Positions 46,563 to 58,001 of a stretch of DNA of 64,000 nt are shown here, piece after piece. Location: positions 744,001 through 808,000 of the forward strand of contig CBFDEM010000032.1 in assembly GCA_965603825.1 (NCBI GenBank), in the 5' to 3' direction. A program made the position numbers and the translations under genes. The notes below the pieces were generated by a model. That model did not search any database. It had not been told where the DNA came from and worked only from the letters and a program-made list of their open reading frames with translations. The DNA is from Blepharisma stoltei ATCC 30299. Taxonomy: Eukaryota; Protista; Ciliophora. The stretch's first letter is position 1. Each line of letters starts with the position of its first letter.

Positions 46563-47735
46563 TTAGCGATTTAATATTATTGGCTGTGGTGATGGACACA
46601 CCTGTCACAGATGTAAATATTTGTCGATCCTAAACTGCAGACTTGCGATTTCAGAGCGATATCCTTCATTTTCCAGCTTAGTCCGTGACTCTAAGTCTTG
46701 GTATTTTCTATTTAACGCGAAATATCTGCCTTCTAAATCTGCCACTTTATTTTGGAAAATCGCTTGAAGACGGTTATATTGGTCCTTTATCAGGTCAAGC
46801 TTATCTTTAGTCTCTGACGACTGGTTCCTAAACTGATGGGCAAAGTCCATAGCTTTTTCATTGGCGTCCTTTTCTGCTTTACTCGTATCCTTTTTGGTTT
46901 TTATTTTATTATTTTGTGCTTCAATCAGCAAGGCGTCCAATTTCACCCTCATTTCTTGGGAATTTTCTAAAATTAGCCTTTCTCGTTCTTCATATTCATG
47001 CTTGAGCCTAATAATATCCCTTATAGCAAACAATTTCCCTTCCTGGGCTTTATTTAGCCTCTCTATCAAGCTATCTAATTCTTGGCTGTTTTCTTCATAA
47101 TTAGTCCTTAAAAAGTCTTCCCTGAACCTTTTATGTTCTCTTGCTTCATTGATTTTTTCAACGAAAAATCTCCTTTGGTCTTCAATTTCTTTTAATAATT
47201 GGTCTCTTTCTTTGGTCAATGACTCTGTCTGTGGGGACGGCAGATGAAGAGTCCTTATGATGTGCTTTGGCTTGAGGTCATTAGAATTGGAGTTAGACGC
47301 ATAAGAATATACATTTAACGGCTTTTCTCCTTCAGATAAATATATATCTTGCTGAATCGGCTCTGTTTTTTCCATGATTCTTAGCAGCTTGTCACGATTT
47401 CCTGCTTTGTTTTTGAAAAACTGCTCATGCTCGCTTGCCAAAGCGACAAGCTCGTCACGGCCTTTGTCGAGGACTGATTGCCTTTCTTTGACCTGATGCA
47501 TAAGCTCTTGTTCTTCTTCTAAGCGGGATTTTTGTTCCCATTCAAGCTTGTGCAAGTGCTCTTGGCGGACTCTAAGACTTTCTTGTTTTCTGAGCCAGTC
47601 TTCAGCTTCTCGCTCACCTTCTTCCATTCTGTTTCTGTAGTAGGTCAAAATTTCTCAGTTATCGCTTTCAAAATCGGGCCGTGCTGAAAATTGAAGGGCT
47701 TTTGAAGACCATATATTTGACTCAAATGCAGCCAT
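46563..47735 (-). CDS. CCDC77: CCDC77-like centriolar coiled-coil protein
   Basis: EILTYYRNRM..HKLEWE..; LENEGYRSEI resembles CCDC77 LEVEGFKTDI; TGA=W at 47655 and 46605. Confidence 0.65.
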
Positions 47736-47865
47736 TTTCAAACTTTATGAATGATATAATTAAATAGAAAATAATTTTTAGAGCATATAGGCTATTTAAG
47801 CCTGTTTTTCATATATATTCAATAATATTTCCTTAGCCATTATATATATTAATTTATTAAAACCA

Positions 47866-49710
47866 TTACGAAATGATCTGATTTCTGGCAGTTGAGTACA
47901 GTTCACTAATAGACTCATCAATAGGCGCTCCATCTCTTGACTTCATCACAGTAGACTTCCTCCTCTGAGACCTTCTCGAGTACGAATTCAAGCTTGCCCT
48001 CGCAATCGCAGTGATATCTACATTATTCTTAACGACCGCCACATCTCTAATTCTTTCAATATCTTCAAAATCACTAATAAACTCCGTCTTATTATCCACC
48101 TCAATTGAATCTGTCTTATCTCCCAGCCTTGGGTTGAGCATGCTAATTAATTTTGTGCTTACTTCTAAGCTGGTATTCCCCAATTTCGTCCTCGTCTTTT
48201 TAAACTGCCGAATCCTCTCAATTTCTTCATTTGCGTCAGCGTGACTTCTAGCATTTGGGTCTTTTGGGCATTGAAAGGCGGAGTGCCCAATTTGTCGGCA
48301 GCTTGGGCATTTCTTTTTGCTGCTTTTTTGGTCTTTTTCTTCAGGATTTACTTCTTCTTCGCTTTCGTCTTTCATTTCGTGCTTCGACCTGACGCAGCCA
48401 GGGGCGTCTTCTTTTGATTTTCCACAGCACCAATACATAGTACCGTTCCATTTTCCAGGGTGTAAGCAGCAGGACCAGTTAAAATTGTCCCTTTCATAGT
48501 AATTTTTATTACAAAACTTGCACAGTTTTTCTTCATCTAGGCCGTTTAATTTTCTTTTAGAGTTTATTTCTCGGGCTTGTTGGCGGAGTTTGGCGTATCC
48601 TTCATTGAGTTCGTCGTATTTTTTTTCTAAATCTTGGTATTTGCTTTCGAGGAAATCCCGCTCATCTTTGGCTTGGGAAATTTGTTTGGATTTTTGGTGG
48701 AGGACATCTTTTATGTGGTTTTTGAGGCTTTTGACCTCTTCGCGGTAGTCAGTTCTTTTCATAGAAAAAACGTGATTTTGTGTGATATATTCTATATACT
48801 TGGTAAGCGTGATTTCAGCGATGTCTTCGTTTTCAATGGTGTATAGGCATAACTCGACAGATTTTTGCTTTAAAATGTCATTTTCATCATGAATCGCGTC
48901 TCGACTATTGACTGGGCCGTTTAAGCTGAGGCTGGCTTCATAAAGACCTTTAAGCCTTTCTCCCATAATGTCGCTTTGCATTTCTAATAGAGAATACCAG
49001 TGTAAAAGTTCATTGGATTTGTTATCAAGTGACGCATTTCTGGTCCTTTCGTTACTGAGAAGCTGCCCAAGCAGGTTTCTTTCAGAGTCTTTAATCTCTT
49101 TAAGCCTCTGGTACTCAGCTACCTGTTCTATAATAAAATTGGTATTTTTTTCAGCTTTTTCCATAGACTGTACGCCAGTGCTGATTTGGCATCTTAAGGC
49201 AGCCAATGTGCATCTGCTTGTAATAAGCCTTTCTTGGTATTCGTTAATTTCTTCTTTAATTCGAAGCTTTTCTGCTTCTGTCATCTGCCATTTGGATTTT
49301 AGCTCACTGAGGTTTTTATTGATGCTTCTCAGTTCTTTTCCAATTATGTCGCTTAATTTTATGCCGTCGTAGGTCCCTTTTTCTGTGCTTGAGGTAACTC
49401 CATATACAGATGGACGCCTTTTGGCAGCGACATTTCTACAGTCAGCTTCAAACATAGGCAGTAAATATTTTCTGATGACTTCTAAGGCGATTTCTGGGGT
49501 AACTTGTATATCTTCACGTGATTTGCGGTTTCGGATTTTATTACAAAATTCATATGTGATAAGTGGCTTTATTTTTCGGGTTGACCGAGATGTAGCAAGG
49601 TTGACTTTTCGCTTTCGGATTGAGGGTACTGATATTGTCTTAGAAAGAAAATGCGTGCTCATGGTTGACTCATTTGTGGAGTATTCCAGGGTTGTGCGAT
49701 AAGAAAGCAT
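47866..49710 (-). CDS. Coiled-coil protein with BTK-type Zn finger and CCHC knuckle
   Basis: HPGKWNGTMYWCCGKSKEDAPGC; CPSCRQIGHSAFQC. Confidence 0.8.
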   Translation of the reverse strand: MLSYRTTLEYSTNESTMSTHFLSKTISVPSIRKRKVNLATSRSTRKIKPLITYEFCNKIRNRKSREDIQVTPEIALEVIRKYLLPMFEADCRNVAAKRRPSVYGVTSSTEKGTYDGIKLSDIIGKELRSINKNLSELKSKWQMTEAEKLRIKEEINEYQERLITSRCTLAALRCQISTGVQSMEKAEKNTNFIIEQVAEYQRLKEIKDSERNLLGQLLSNERTRNASLDNKSNELLHWYSLLEMQSDIMGERLKGLYEASLSLNGPVNSRDAIHDENDILKQKSVELCLYTIENEDIAEITLTKYIEYITQNHVFSMKRTDYREEVKSLKNHIKDVLHQKSKQISQAKDERDFLESKYQDLEKKYDELNEGYAKLRQQAREINSKRKLNGLDEEKLCKFCNKNYYERDNFNWSCCLHPGKWNGTMYWCCGKSKEDAPGCVRSKHEMKDESEEEVNPEEKDQKSSKKKCPSCRQIGHSAFQCPKDPNARSHADANEEIERIRQFKKTRTKLGNTSLEVSTKLISMLNPRLGDKTDSIEVDNKTEFISDFEDIERIRDVAVVKNNVDITAIARASLNSYSRRSQRRKSTVMKSRDGAPIDESISELYSTARNQIIS

Positions 49711-49840
49711 GTTTTATAGCTTTTAATAAAAAAAATGCATCATTGCCCTCAGTTAGATAGTTTTCAATTAATAATTATTACAAAAAATAGCTAGAAATAA
49801 GCTGCAGATAATCAAAAAATATTCTCAGTTTTAATAAATT

Positions 49841-52018
49841 ATGGAGCCAGGATCAGGTTCTGTCAACCTCTTTGAAAGGTTCAGCTCGCTTTCTTCAGAT
49901 GACCGTTCATTATATTATAATCCTGAAGCTCCCTACACAGAAGTCCAATTTCATGAAATAAAAAACACAATTGACAAATGCAAGAAAAAATCTTCCAGCA
50001 CAAAAATAAAATCACTCAATAAACTTGTGACAGCTTGCAATGAGGCGACTGATTTTACGTTGCTTATTGATATGCTTCCTAATTGGGTTTACTTGTTTTC
50101 TTCACTCACCAAATTTGAGGCAGAAAAAGCAGTCCGTGAAGCAGCATTTAAAACACAAATTGTTTTCTTTTCCAAATTTAAGAAATCATTTGCTAAATAT
50201 TTAGACGAAATTTTTACCCCACTGTGGCTAGGAAGATGTGACCCATGCCGAGAGGTCGCTGAAAATGCAAAACGGGCTTTTTCCGCTGCTTTCCCAGAAG
50301 ACAGGCAGCCAAAAGTAGTCGAAAAATGCTTTGAAAGATACATGAGAGAGAGCATGAGCATTTTAAGAGAAGACATCAAAGAAAAAGAAGAAATCAACGA
50401 AAGGTTAATGAGCTGCTCAATTCTTGGCATAAAAGAAGCAGTAGAAATGACTGACACAATTATCCCACAAATTGCACCTTTATATGAAAGCTTACCTATA
50501 TGGAATTTTACAGCTTCAAACTATTTGCCATTGGTCAGATCTGCCAGTATGTTTTGTATAAATACTTTTCTAAACAAAGGAATTTTACAAAGAGATCATT
50601 ATATGAGGATGCTACCACTTATATTTGGGCTACTCAAAGATAAGAATAGGCTAGTACATCAAGCATTGTGGGACCAAACTTTTCTCAATTTTTTAGGAAA
50701 ATTTCCTGAATTTAAGGATAATGTTGACACAAATAGCATAATAAAAGACTTATGCTCATGCTTGGTAAATGGAGCATATGGTGCTGGACCTGTCTTTTAT
50801 CCACAGCTAGTCAAGTTTCTTAGTTTTCTGGGCAATGAAAAACTAGGTGGAAAAAAGACTATTGAGAATCTTTTCCTGGCTATATTAAAAGGATTTAATT
50901 CTGAGGATGGAAATTTCCATGGGAAATTTATTTTGAATGCTTATTATGAAGTAGTGGTCTTTGTGTCTATCAAGCTTCCAGAAAAATCCAAAGACATTAA
51001 TAAATTCATATTAGAACCTGCCAATATGTACTTGCAGTCTCAATCCCTGATTACTCCAATTATGCATTTAAATGTAGTTCCTGGCTTATTAGGCCAAACT
51101 CTCGGGTATCTAGAGCAACGCGGCATTTTCCCCGAAATTTCTGAATATCTTTACCAGCTAAGTTATGGAGGCCTCCAGCAATCTCCACAGGTCGCCATTG
51201 CCTTTTTAAAGGAGCTTAACAATGAGTTGACGTCTAAAGGTCCTCAATGTCGCAGCTTAATAAGAAACTTGATCCATATAATGCACAGCCAAATTTCCCA
51301 AGACATAGAAAACAAATTCACAATTAACGACCACGAGCAGCTCCAAAATAAGCTAAAAATGCTTCTGGCCTTCACAGAAATTTCTTCATCTCTTGATATT
51401 CCTATTTATGACTGGTGGACACGAGGCATTAATGAAAAATTATCAGTCGAAATCCTCAGAATTTTGGTTTCTATATTGAAAACTGACCCAAAACAATGGT
51501 GGAGAGCAGTGGTCCAAAGCAAAATTTCTTATGATAATTTACCTTTATTAATCCCTGACGTCTTTTCTGAAGCTTTACTTAAAGCTGCAGACGCAGCAGA
51601 GCTTGAAGATTTAGTGACTGGACTTATAAATTCATTAAAAGACTCCACAAACTTGGCAGTTTCAGCTGTTTTGATTGGAATTTTGTTAAATATAAGCACA
51701 TCTAAGCTAATCACACTTATTCCTCTGCACACAAAAATAAGAAAAAACGTGTTTATACTATTGGAATTGCACAAAGAAGAAGAATTAAGTCTGCAGGAAG
51801 TAATGAATATGTGGAAAGAAAGCTTAGAAAAAGAAAGGAATGGAGATGAGGTCTGCTTTATATGCTGCAGGGCTAATGAAATCAATGACAGCTCGCTGCC
51901 TGACCTTGAGTGTATAAGCTGTCGGAATAAAGTCCACAAAGCCTGCGTTGAAAATGTAGAAACTAAAGAAAAGTGCTTATATTGTGAAGAAAAATTTAGC
52001 GAAATAGTTAACTTATAA
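49841..52018 (+). CDS. LTN1: Listerin/Ltn1-like RING E3 ligase, short (725 aa)
   Basis: N-terminal KKSSSTKIKSL..LPNWVYLF..LWLGRCDP HEAT region; C-terminal CFICC..SLPDLECISCRNKVHKAC..CLYC RING. Confidence 0.75.
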   Translation: MEPGSGSVNLFERFSSLSSDDRSLYYNPEAPYTEVQFHEIKNTIDKCKKKSSSTKIKSLNKLVTACNEATDFTLLIDMLPNWVYLFSSLTKFEAEKAVREAAFKTQIVFFSKFKKSFAKYLDEIFTPLWLGRCDPCREVAENAKRAFSAAFPEDRQPKVVEKCFERYMRESMSILREDIKEKEEINERLMSCSILGIKEAVEMTDTIIPQIAPLYESLPIWNFTASNYLPLVRSASMFCINTFLNKGILQRDHYMRMLPLIFGLLKDKNRLVHQALWDQTFLNFLGKFPEFKDNVDTNSIIKDLCSCLVNGAYGAGPVFYPQLVKFLSFLGNEKLGGKKTIENLFLAILKGFNSEDGNFHGKFILNAYYEVVVFVSIKLPEKSKDINKFILEPANMYLQSQSLITPIMHLNVVPGLLGQTLGYLEQRGIFPEISEYLYQLSYGGLQQSPQVAIAFLKELNNELTSKGPQCRSLIRNLIHIMHSQISQDIENKFTINDHEQLQNKLKMLLAFTEISSSLDIPIYDWWTRGINEKLSVEILRILVSILKTDPKQWWRAVVQSKISYDNLPLLIPDVFSEALLKAADAAELEDLVTGLINSLKDSTNLAVSAVLIGILLNISTSKLITLIPLHTKIRKNVFILLELHKEEELSLQEVMNMWKESLEKERNGDEVCFICCRANEINDSSLPDLECISCRNKVHKACVENVETKEKCLYCEEKFSEIVNL

Positions 52019-52133
52019 CAAAAATGTTTTTAAAGCTTGTTACTCCTTGCATATTTATATAAATTTCTTACTTTAAACATCTTAAAATTCAGTAAATAAA
52101 TAACATTATTTTGAATTAATCTTGATATACACG

Positions 52134-53633
52134 TTATCTTCTTGAATTCAGTCCTAGCGACCCTTCTGAAATCCCATCATGTGAAAACACGCATTCCGCA
52201 TCAGCATTTACCTTAAAAAACTCGCCCAAAGATTTCCCGAGATCTCCTCCCCCTTTCACTATGTCTAATTTCTATATATTCTTTACCAGTAGCTCTCCAT
52301 AATTTGTACAAAACGGGTCCTGCCGCACCTGATGGGCAGGCTTTAAATTATACTGCACCCAGGGTGTTCCTTCTCTGTTTAAAACTCTAATTAAATGGTC
52401 TTCGTCTTTAACGATCTCTTTCCTTATCAAATTTCCTTCTTTTACAGCGCTTCCTTTTAATAGTAATTTTGGGTGTCTGTATTTTTTAACTGGAAAAACA
52501 GGCAACAGATCTTTGTGTTCTTCGTAGAAATTGCAGGGTTTAAGGGTCTGGACGTAATTTTCGTTGACCAGGAATCTTACTTTTTGAGGGACGCCATATC
52601 ATTTTTGGGATTTTTCGGAGGAATTAGTTTCTTTGATTAGGGGTTTCAGACAGATGCTGGGCTGAATAGAAGATTTGTAAGAAGCCACGTCGCTGAGGTC
52701 TTGGAAAACTGGCTCACTTTTGACTTCATTGATGTCTGGGTTTTGATTTTGATTTGCATTGACTGAAGTAATAAAAGTTATGTCTTTAGGGGGCACATTT
52801 TCTGGCATCCTACAATCCGAAGGAGGATTTTGCTGATCTGCACTAAAGTTATCAGTTTCCAAAATGGAGGTTCTCAATATCTCTTCATTACTAGTAGTTC
52901 TATAAAATTCTGACTGTGCTTTATATGAGTCTTTACTTCATATTGACCTCATATCTTGTTCACTTTTATTTATAATCCCTGACCTTATTATTGTAGATTT
53001 CGACTGCTCATTTAGCGTATATATAGAAGGTGGCTCAGACAGAGTTTTTCAATCATTTTTCGGAACTTTTCCCATTTGTGCAGAAGAGCTTAATATAAAT
53101 GCAGGCTTAAAGGACTCTTCAGATGTATATATTTCTGAATACCCTGCCACAGGCTCTCTTCGAGACGACTCAAAATAGCTTACCGATGATGGTTTTATTA
53201 CATCTCTGACTTTATCCTGTTGAGAATAAGATCTTTTTAAGGCAACTGCTTTAAGCATTGGCGGAATCCCTTCTTTTGGCTTAAATTGTGAAAATTTGAA
53301 AGCTTCGGCTGCATTTTTTCGCAAATTAAAGTTCATGATGGTAGATTGTTTAGGCACGGCTGAGTCGTTGTTTTGAATAGGCTGCACTTCTAAATCTAAA
53401 TATTTCCCTGGCATTGGGATATTTGATACTATGCTGCATTCACTTTGGTTTCTAGACAGCTTGGCTCTACTTAAGTAACTTGATGGGTCGTTTTGTGACA
53501 AATTTGATAAATTGTTTGAACCTTGTGAGATATTTGGCTGATTTTTGATTGAAGAAATTGGAGGCAGGTTTTTTCCGTAAACTTGGAAATTTGGCTTGAT
53601 AATTTGGTCTCTTTGGTTTTCTCCTTGAAACAT
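52134..53633 (-). CDS. Hypothetical protein; 15-nt intron 52272-52286
   Basis: ORFs 53049, 52599 and 52272 are in one frame via TGA; intron GTAAAGAATATATAG; stop TAA 52134. Confidence 0.72.
52272..52286 (-). other. 15-nt intron
   Basis: GTAAAGAATATATAG; in-frame terminal TAG. Confidence 0.8.
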
Positions 53634-53670
53634 ATAAATATTAAAAAAAATATATACAAAGATTAAATAG

Positions 53671-55743
53671 TTAAGTTTGCATAGTTTTTGTTAGAAAATG
53701 AGAATCATAGCTGATTCGGTTTTTTCGGTTTTGCCTTAGAAGAGACTTAGACCTAGTTATTGTAGGCTTAATTGGCGATTTATATAAGGATTTTGTAGGA
53801 GATCGGCTTAAAGATCTGTCTCATGTAGTAGAAGACTTGCTACGGTGTACATACCAATTTGGCATAATCTCAAACCATTCAGCAGGCAGTGTGTGGCAGC
53901 TTGTATGGGACTCGCGGGGAAGATAAATCCCTTTGTATTCATTAAACGAAAATGCTGATACTTTTTGTGGGCCGTCTCTTGTGATTCCAGTATAAGTTTG
54001 GAGGTAAATATTAGGGCTTATTGAAATAGGCTGATAATAAACTTTTGTTATCACATTAATTGAGTGAAAATCGTATAGGGAAATTGTAGTTTTGCCTATA
54101 AAATGGTGTGAGTTGTAGAGCTCTATCACAATATTTCCATAGTTTTCTAAAAAGGCTTCGAAATCGTTTTTATTTTTAGCGAAAATATAAAAGGACTTTA
54201 CATGTTTTAGTGACTGAGTTTTGCCTTCATTTTCAGTGAGAGAAAACTGTATATTTGAACCTAGAAATGAGTATCTTATATGAAAAGCTGAAGAAAGCTC
54301 TATTTCGCACTCTCTCAAACTGTCAAGTATAAGCATAAACCTATACTGTTCCAGCATGTTAAAATTCAGCGGCGGACTAAGATTATTTTCTTCTTTTGCC
54401 TCTTTATCATGAATAAACCCTAACCCTTTCGCAATAGAAATTTCAATATTTTTCAACTCTTGTGTAATTGTATACAAATTAAAGCAGCTTTCACAAACTT
54501 GGAATCTCTGATATAACGTCGCATTATCCACATGCCGGTACTCTTTGTTTTCCATCCACGAAAGCTCTTTTCCTCTGTGTTTTAAGTGCTCTTCAAGCTC
54601 AAAAAGCATTTTTAACGTCAACTCCTGCGTCATTTTGACAAACCCGCTCCTACAAAATTCGCATCTTTTAAGCCTTTTATACTCCTTTAGCCCTAATTTT
54701 GAAGAAGTAGGGCTGACAAAGCTGTCATTTTCGACAAAATAGTTCAGAGTAGGGAACACATTTGAGCTGTATTTGAATGCTTTTACGTTTATCATTCACC
54801 ATATGTCTTCTTCATCTTTTATATAGTCACATACCAGTTTTTCTAATTTAATTGATAAATTTCTTTCGAGGAATTTAATAATGTTATAAGTATAAGCACC
54901 AGTTGCTGAGACAAAATAACCATGGCTGACTTTTAATATATTTGCATCAGCGCTTTCAGCTAAATAGCACTTCCCTGTGTATGAAACTTTGCTTGATATC
55001 AAATAGCACATCATAGCTTTTTTTGTGGAATAAAAATTCCTACATATAAAAGCTGTGCTACCTTTACACCTAATGAATTTTTGTAGGCAGTTTTTTTCGC
55101 CGTTTCTCCTACACACAAACCTGATCGTTTTTATCAGCTCAATACTGTTAAGAACCTGCGTATTATTCCCAACAATTCGGTTTTTTTCTGAGTCATAATG
55201 GACTTTTTTAAGCACAGCTACAGGGCCAAACCCCATTTCAGACCTACTGAGCTTCGAAATAATGTGGCCTTCTTCAAAGTGTTCTCCTCTGCAGACCCTG
55301 CCTTTGTGGTCTGAATAAATCCAATAAGGCCTTTCTATATCGTTATAGATTATTGTGTCCGGGACTCACAATTCCAGCTTATTTGAGTTATTTTGATACT
55401 TAGGAAGGACACAGAGGAACTTGAAAAAATTCAGGGCTGGCGAGAAATCAAAGGTGTACTTATAACCGTCATCTAAACAGTAAACTTTTTTGATTAAGGC
55501 TTCCCTTGTCCGTTTTGTGTATCCGCTTACTAAATCTGACTGCGAGAACGTATGAGAAAAAGGCTTCGTGAAATTTTCATCCTCATAGCCTTCATAAGGC
55601 TTTTGTTCAGGATCTTCGGGAGCTTCATTGATATAGAACCCTGAAAACATTTTTTGGTCGACCTTATGCTTTTTGGTGAGTTTCGGAGAGTATAACAGTT
55701 CTTTTATCTTCCCTGTTGATTTTGATCTATTAGAATTTTTCAT
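53671..55743 (-). CDS. Hypothetical protein with CxxC pairs and a C2-like C-terminal region
   Basis: ORFs 55366, 54796 and 53821 are in one frame via TGA; first ATG 55743, TAA 53671. Confidence 0.75.
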
Positions 55744-55754
55744 TATTAAAGAAA

Positions 55755-57545
55755 ATGTACACAAATTATCGATTTCTTCATCGATCTTATGGAAATTCGT
55801 CACCTATTAATTCCAACCCTAAAATCGATCATAGAAAGCCTTGAGCCAACTCTTTTGCTTACCCAAAAAGTCCATACAAAAAACCGCAGAATGAAAGCTT
55901 TTCTTATATGCAAGACAGGACGTATAGTAATATTCCGTCTCCAGAGCCACTGAGAATAAAGCGAAACAATTCAAGAGAAAGACTATCATTGTCACCTATT
56001 GATAGAACAATAGAAAACTTTTCTGTCAAGAAAAGAGATTTATCGCCGAGTTTTAATGGAAAATCAGGCAGGCTAAAATCTTTGGCTTTTAGAAAGGAAA
56101 TAGAAAACGAAATAGGGATTCCTGAAAGGATTAGCAAACTTATTATAGAAATTTATTCTCCAAATAGCTTAGAAAATGAGCCTACAGCTATAGGGCTTTT
56201 AATAGGCTCAAAAATAATTATAACTTCACATATCGCAATCCCTAATGAAACTTTGGCAGCTAGATACACATTTAAATTCCTTAAAGACGAAAACGTCTAC
56301 AAATCGAACATCAAAAAATTCTTTTTTACCTCTCCTAATGACAATTTGACCGTTTTAGCTATTACCCCTATCAACCAAGACCTAACAAAGCGAGTTCCCC
56401 TCTCTTTTGAATCAAATTTAAAAGAACTCGAAGGTGATCCTATTTATTACGTCAACCAAAAAGCATACCAAGCTTTCATTTCTAGCATAGACGCAGACAT
56501 TTTTGGCTTTACTACTCAAAAAAGCATCCTAACTGGCACTCCTGTTTTTACCAAAAAATGGCAATTACTAGGAATTTCCCATACTTTTACACAAATCTAT
56601 AAGTACACACAAGCTGCCTCTCTAGAGACTGTCCTAAAGTTTTTAAATAGGCTAAAATCCCACATCCCTAGAGACTCCTTATTAGGATCAATAGAAAAAT
56701 CAGTTGATTTTAATGGGAAAGAATTCAACCAAAATAATTTTAAAGAAATGTATTGGTTCGAATGGCTAGGGAACTATATAGAAACCTATAATGTAGAGAC
56801 GGGGGAATGAAATTATATGCAAACAAGCTTAAGGAATGAAGGAAGATGGCATTTCTTATGAGACAGCCGTCCTGTAATGCTCCCAAATGGCTCATTTTAT
56901 ATATTAGGAGGTATGAGGAATAATTTAGCTGTAGACGAAGTCGTCAAATTTAAGCCTGAAAAAGGCGAGCTTAAAAGAATGCAAAATATGGGGGTCGGCA
57001 GGGCAGCTTGTGGGACTGTTTTTCATGAGGGCTTTGTATATGCTCTATCAGGGAAGTACGCTAACAACTTCTGTGAAAGATATTCCTTAAGCCAAAAAAG
57101 ATGGGAGTTTATACCGTCAATGGTCCATGAACGGTTCGATTTTTCTGCAATAGTCCTTTTTAGCTCAATTTATGTAGTTGGAGGGGAGCCTTATAGTGAG
57201 GTGGGAAATACTATTGAGGTCTATGACATTTTGAGAGAAGTCTGGGTAATTTTGAATATAAAATTACCTTTTGCGGTTGCGAATTCTCCATTGTGCCATT
57301 TATTTGGGTCGAGCTTTGCGATATTGGGAGGGAGAGGATGCAGAAATGTTATTATGGTGGAAATAGATAATTTGTATAGTAAAAGTGTTTCTATAAGAGA
57401 AGGAGCGGCATTGTCGGAGGAGGTTGAAACTATTTATCCTGTGATTTATGCTGCTGAGCAGCAAAAAGTGTTTTTATTTAATATTACAGAAGGCTTTGAG
57501 AGGCCTTTATTGTATAAAATTCATGAATCCTATTTAACTAAATAA
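55755..57545 (+). CDS. Degenerate trypsin-like domain + Kelch-repeat protein
   Basis: GLLIGSKIIITSH..GTPVFTKKWQLLGISH followed by FYILGG, VYALSG and IYVVGG Kelch blades. TGA=W at 55842, 56808 and 56859 extends the ORF to ATG 55755 (alternative start 55908). Confidence 0.8.
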
Positions 57546-58001
57546 CCCAAACTTGTTATAATTTTAAATAATTGCAATAAAAACATTTAAATTATGGAAT
57601 TTGGTGGACAATTAACGGGACGAAAACAGTAAAAATGAATATTCATAATAACTATAAAAAATACTCAAAATATATAGGAAATAAAAAATATTAATTGTTT
57701 GACTAAATTTTATTATCAATAATTAATATTCCATCTAAATTCAACAAAAAATCATAAACTTCAGAGCATGCATAATTAAAAACGAATATTATCTCCATAT
57801 AACTTTATAATTTAATCCTATTAAGTTATCATTAAAAATTTATACAAGAAATTAGGCTTTATTTATTAAATATCCCTAAAACCTAACCTTTCATTTCTCA
57901 ATTTACCTATTTATTTTTTAACCCCTAATTCCTATCATTTTCATCAACTTTTCCACTTTCGTTAATTTTGCTACTTTCTTTCTTTTCATATTTTCATAAA
58001 G

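Noticed and set aside
57872-57930. Telomere-like CCCTAA sequences
   Set aside because: Isolated imperfect hexamers in a pyrimidine-rich promoter, with no tandem array.
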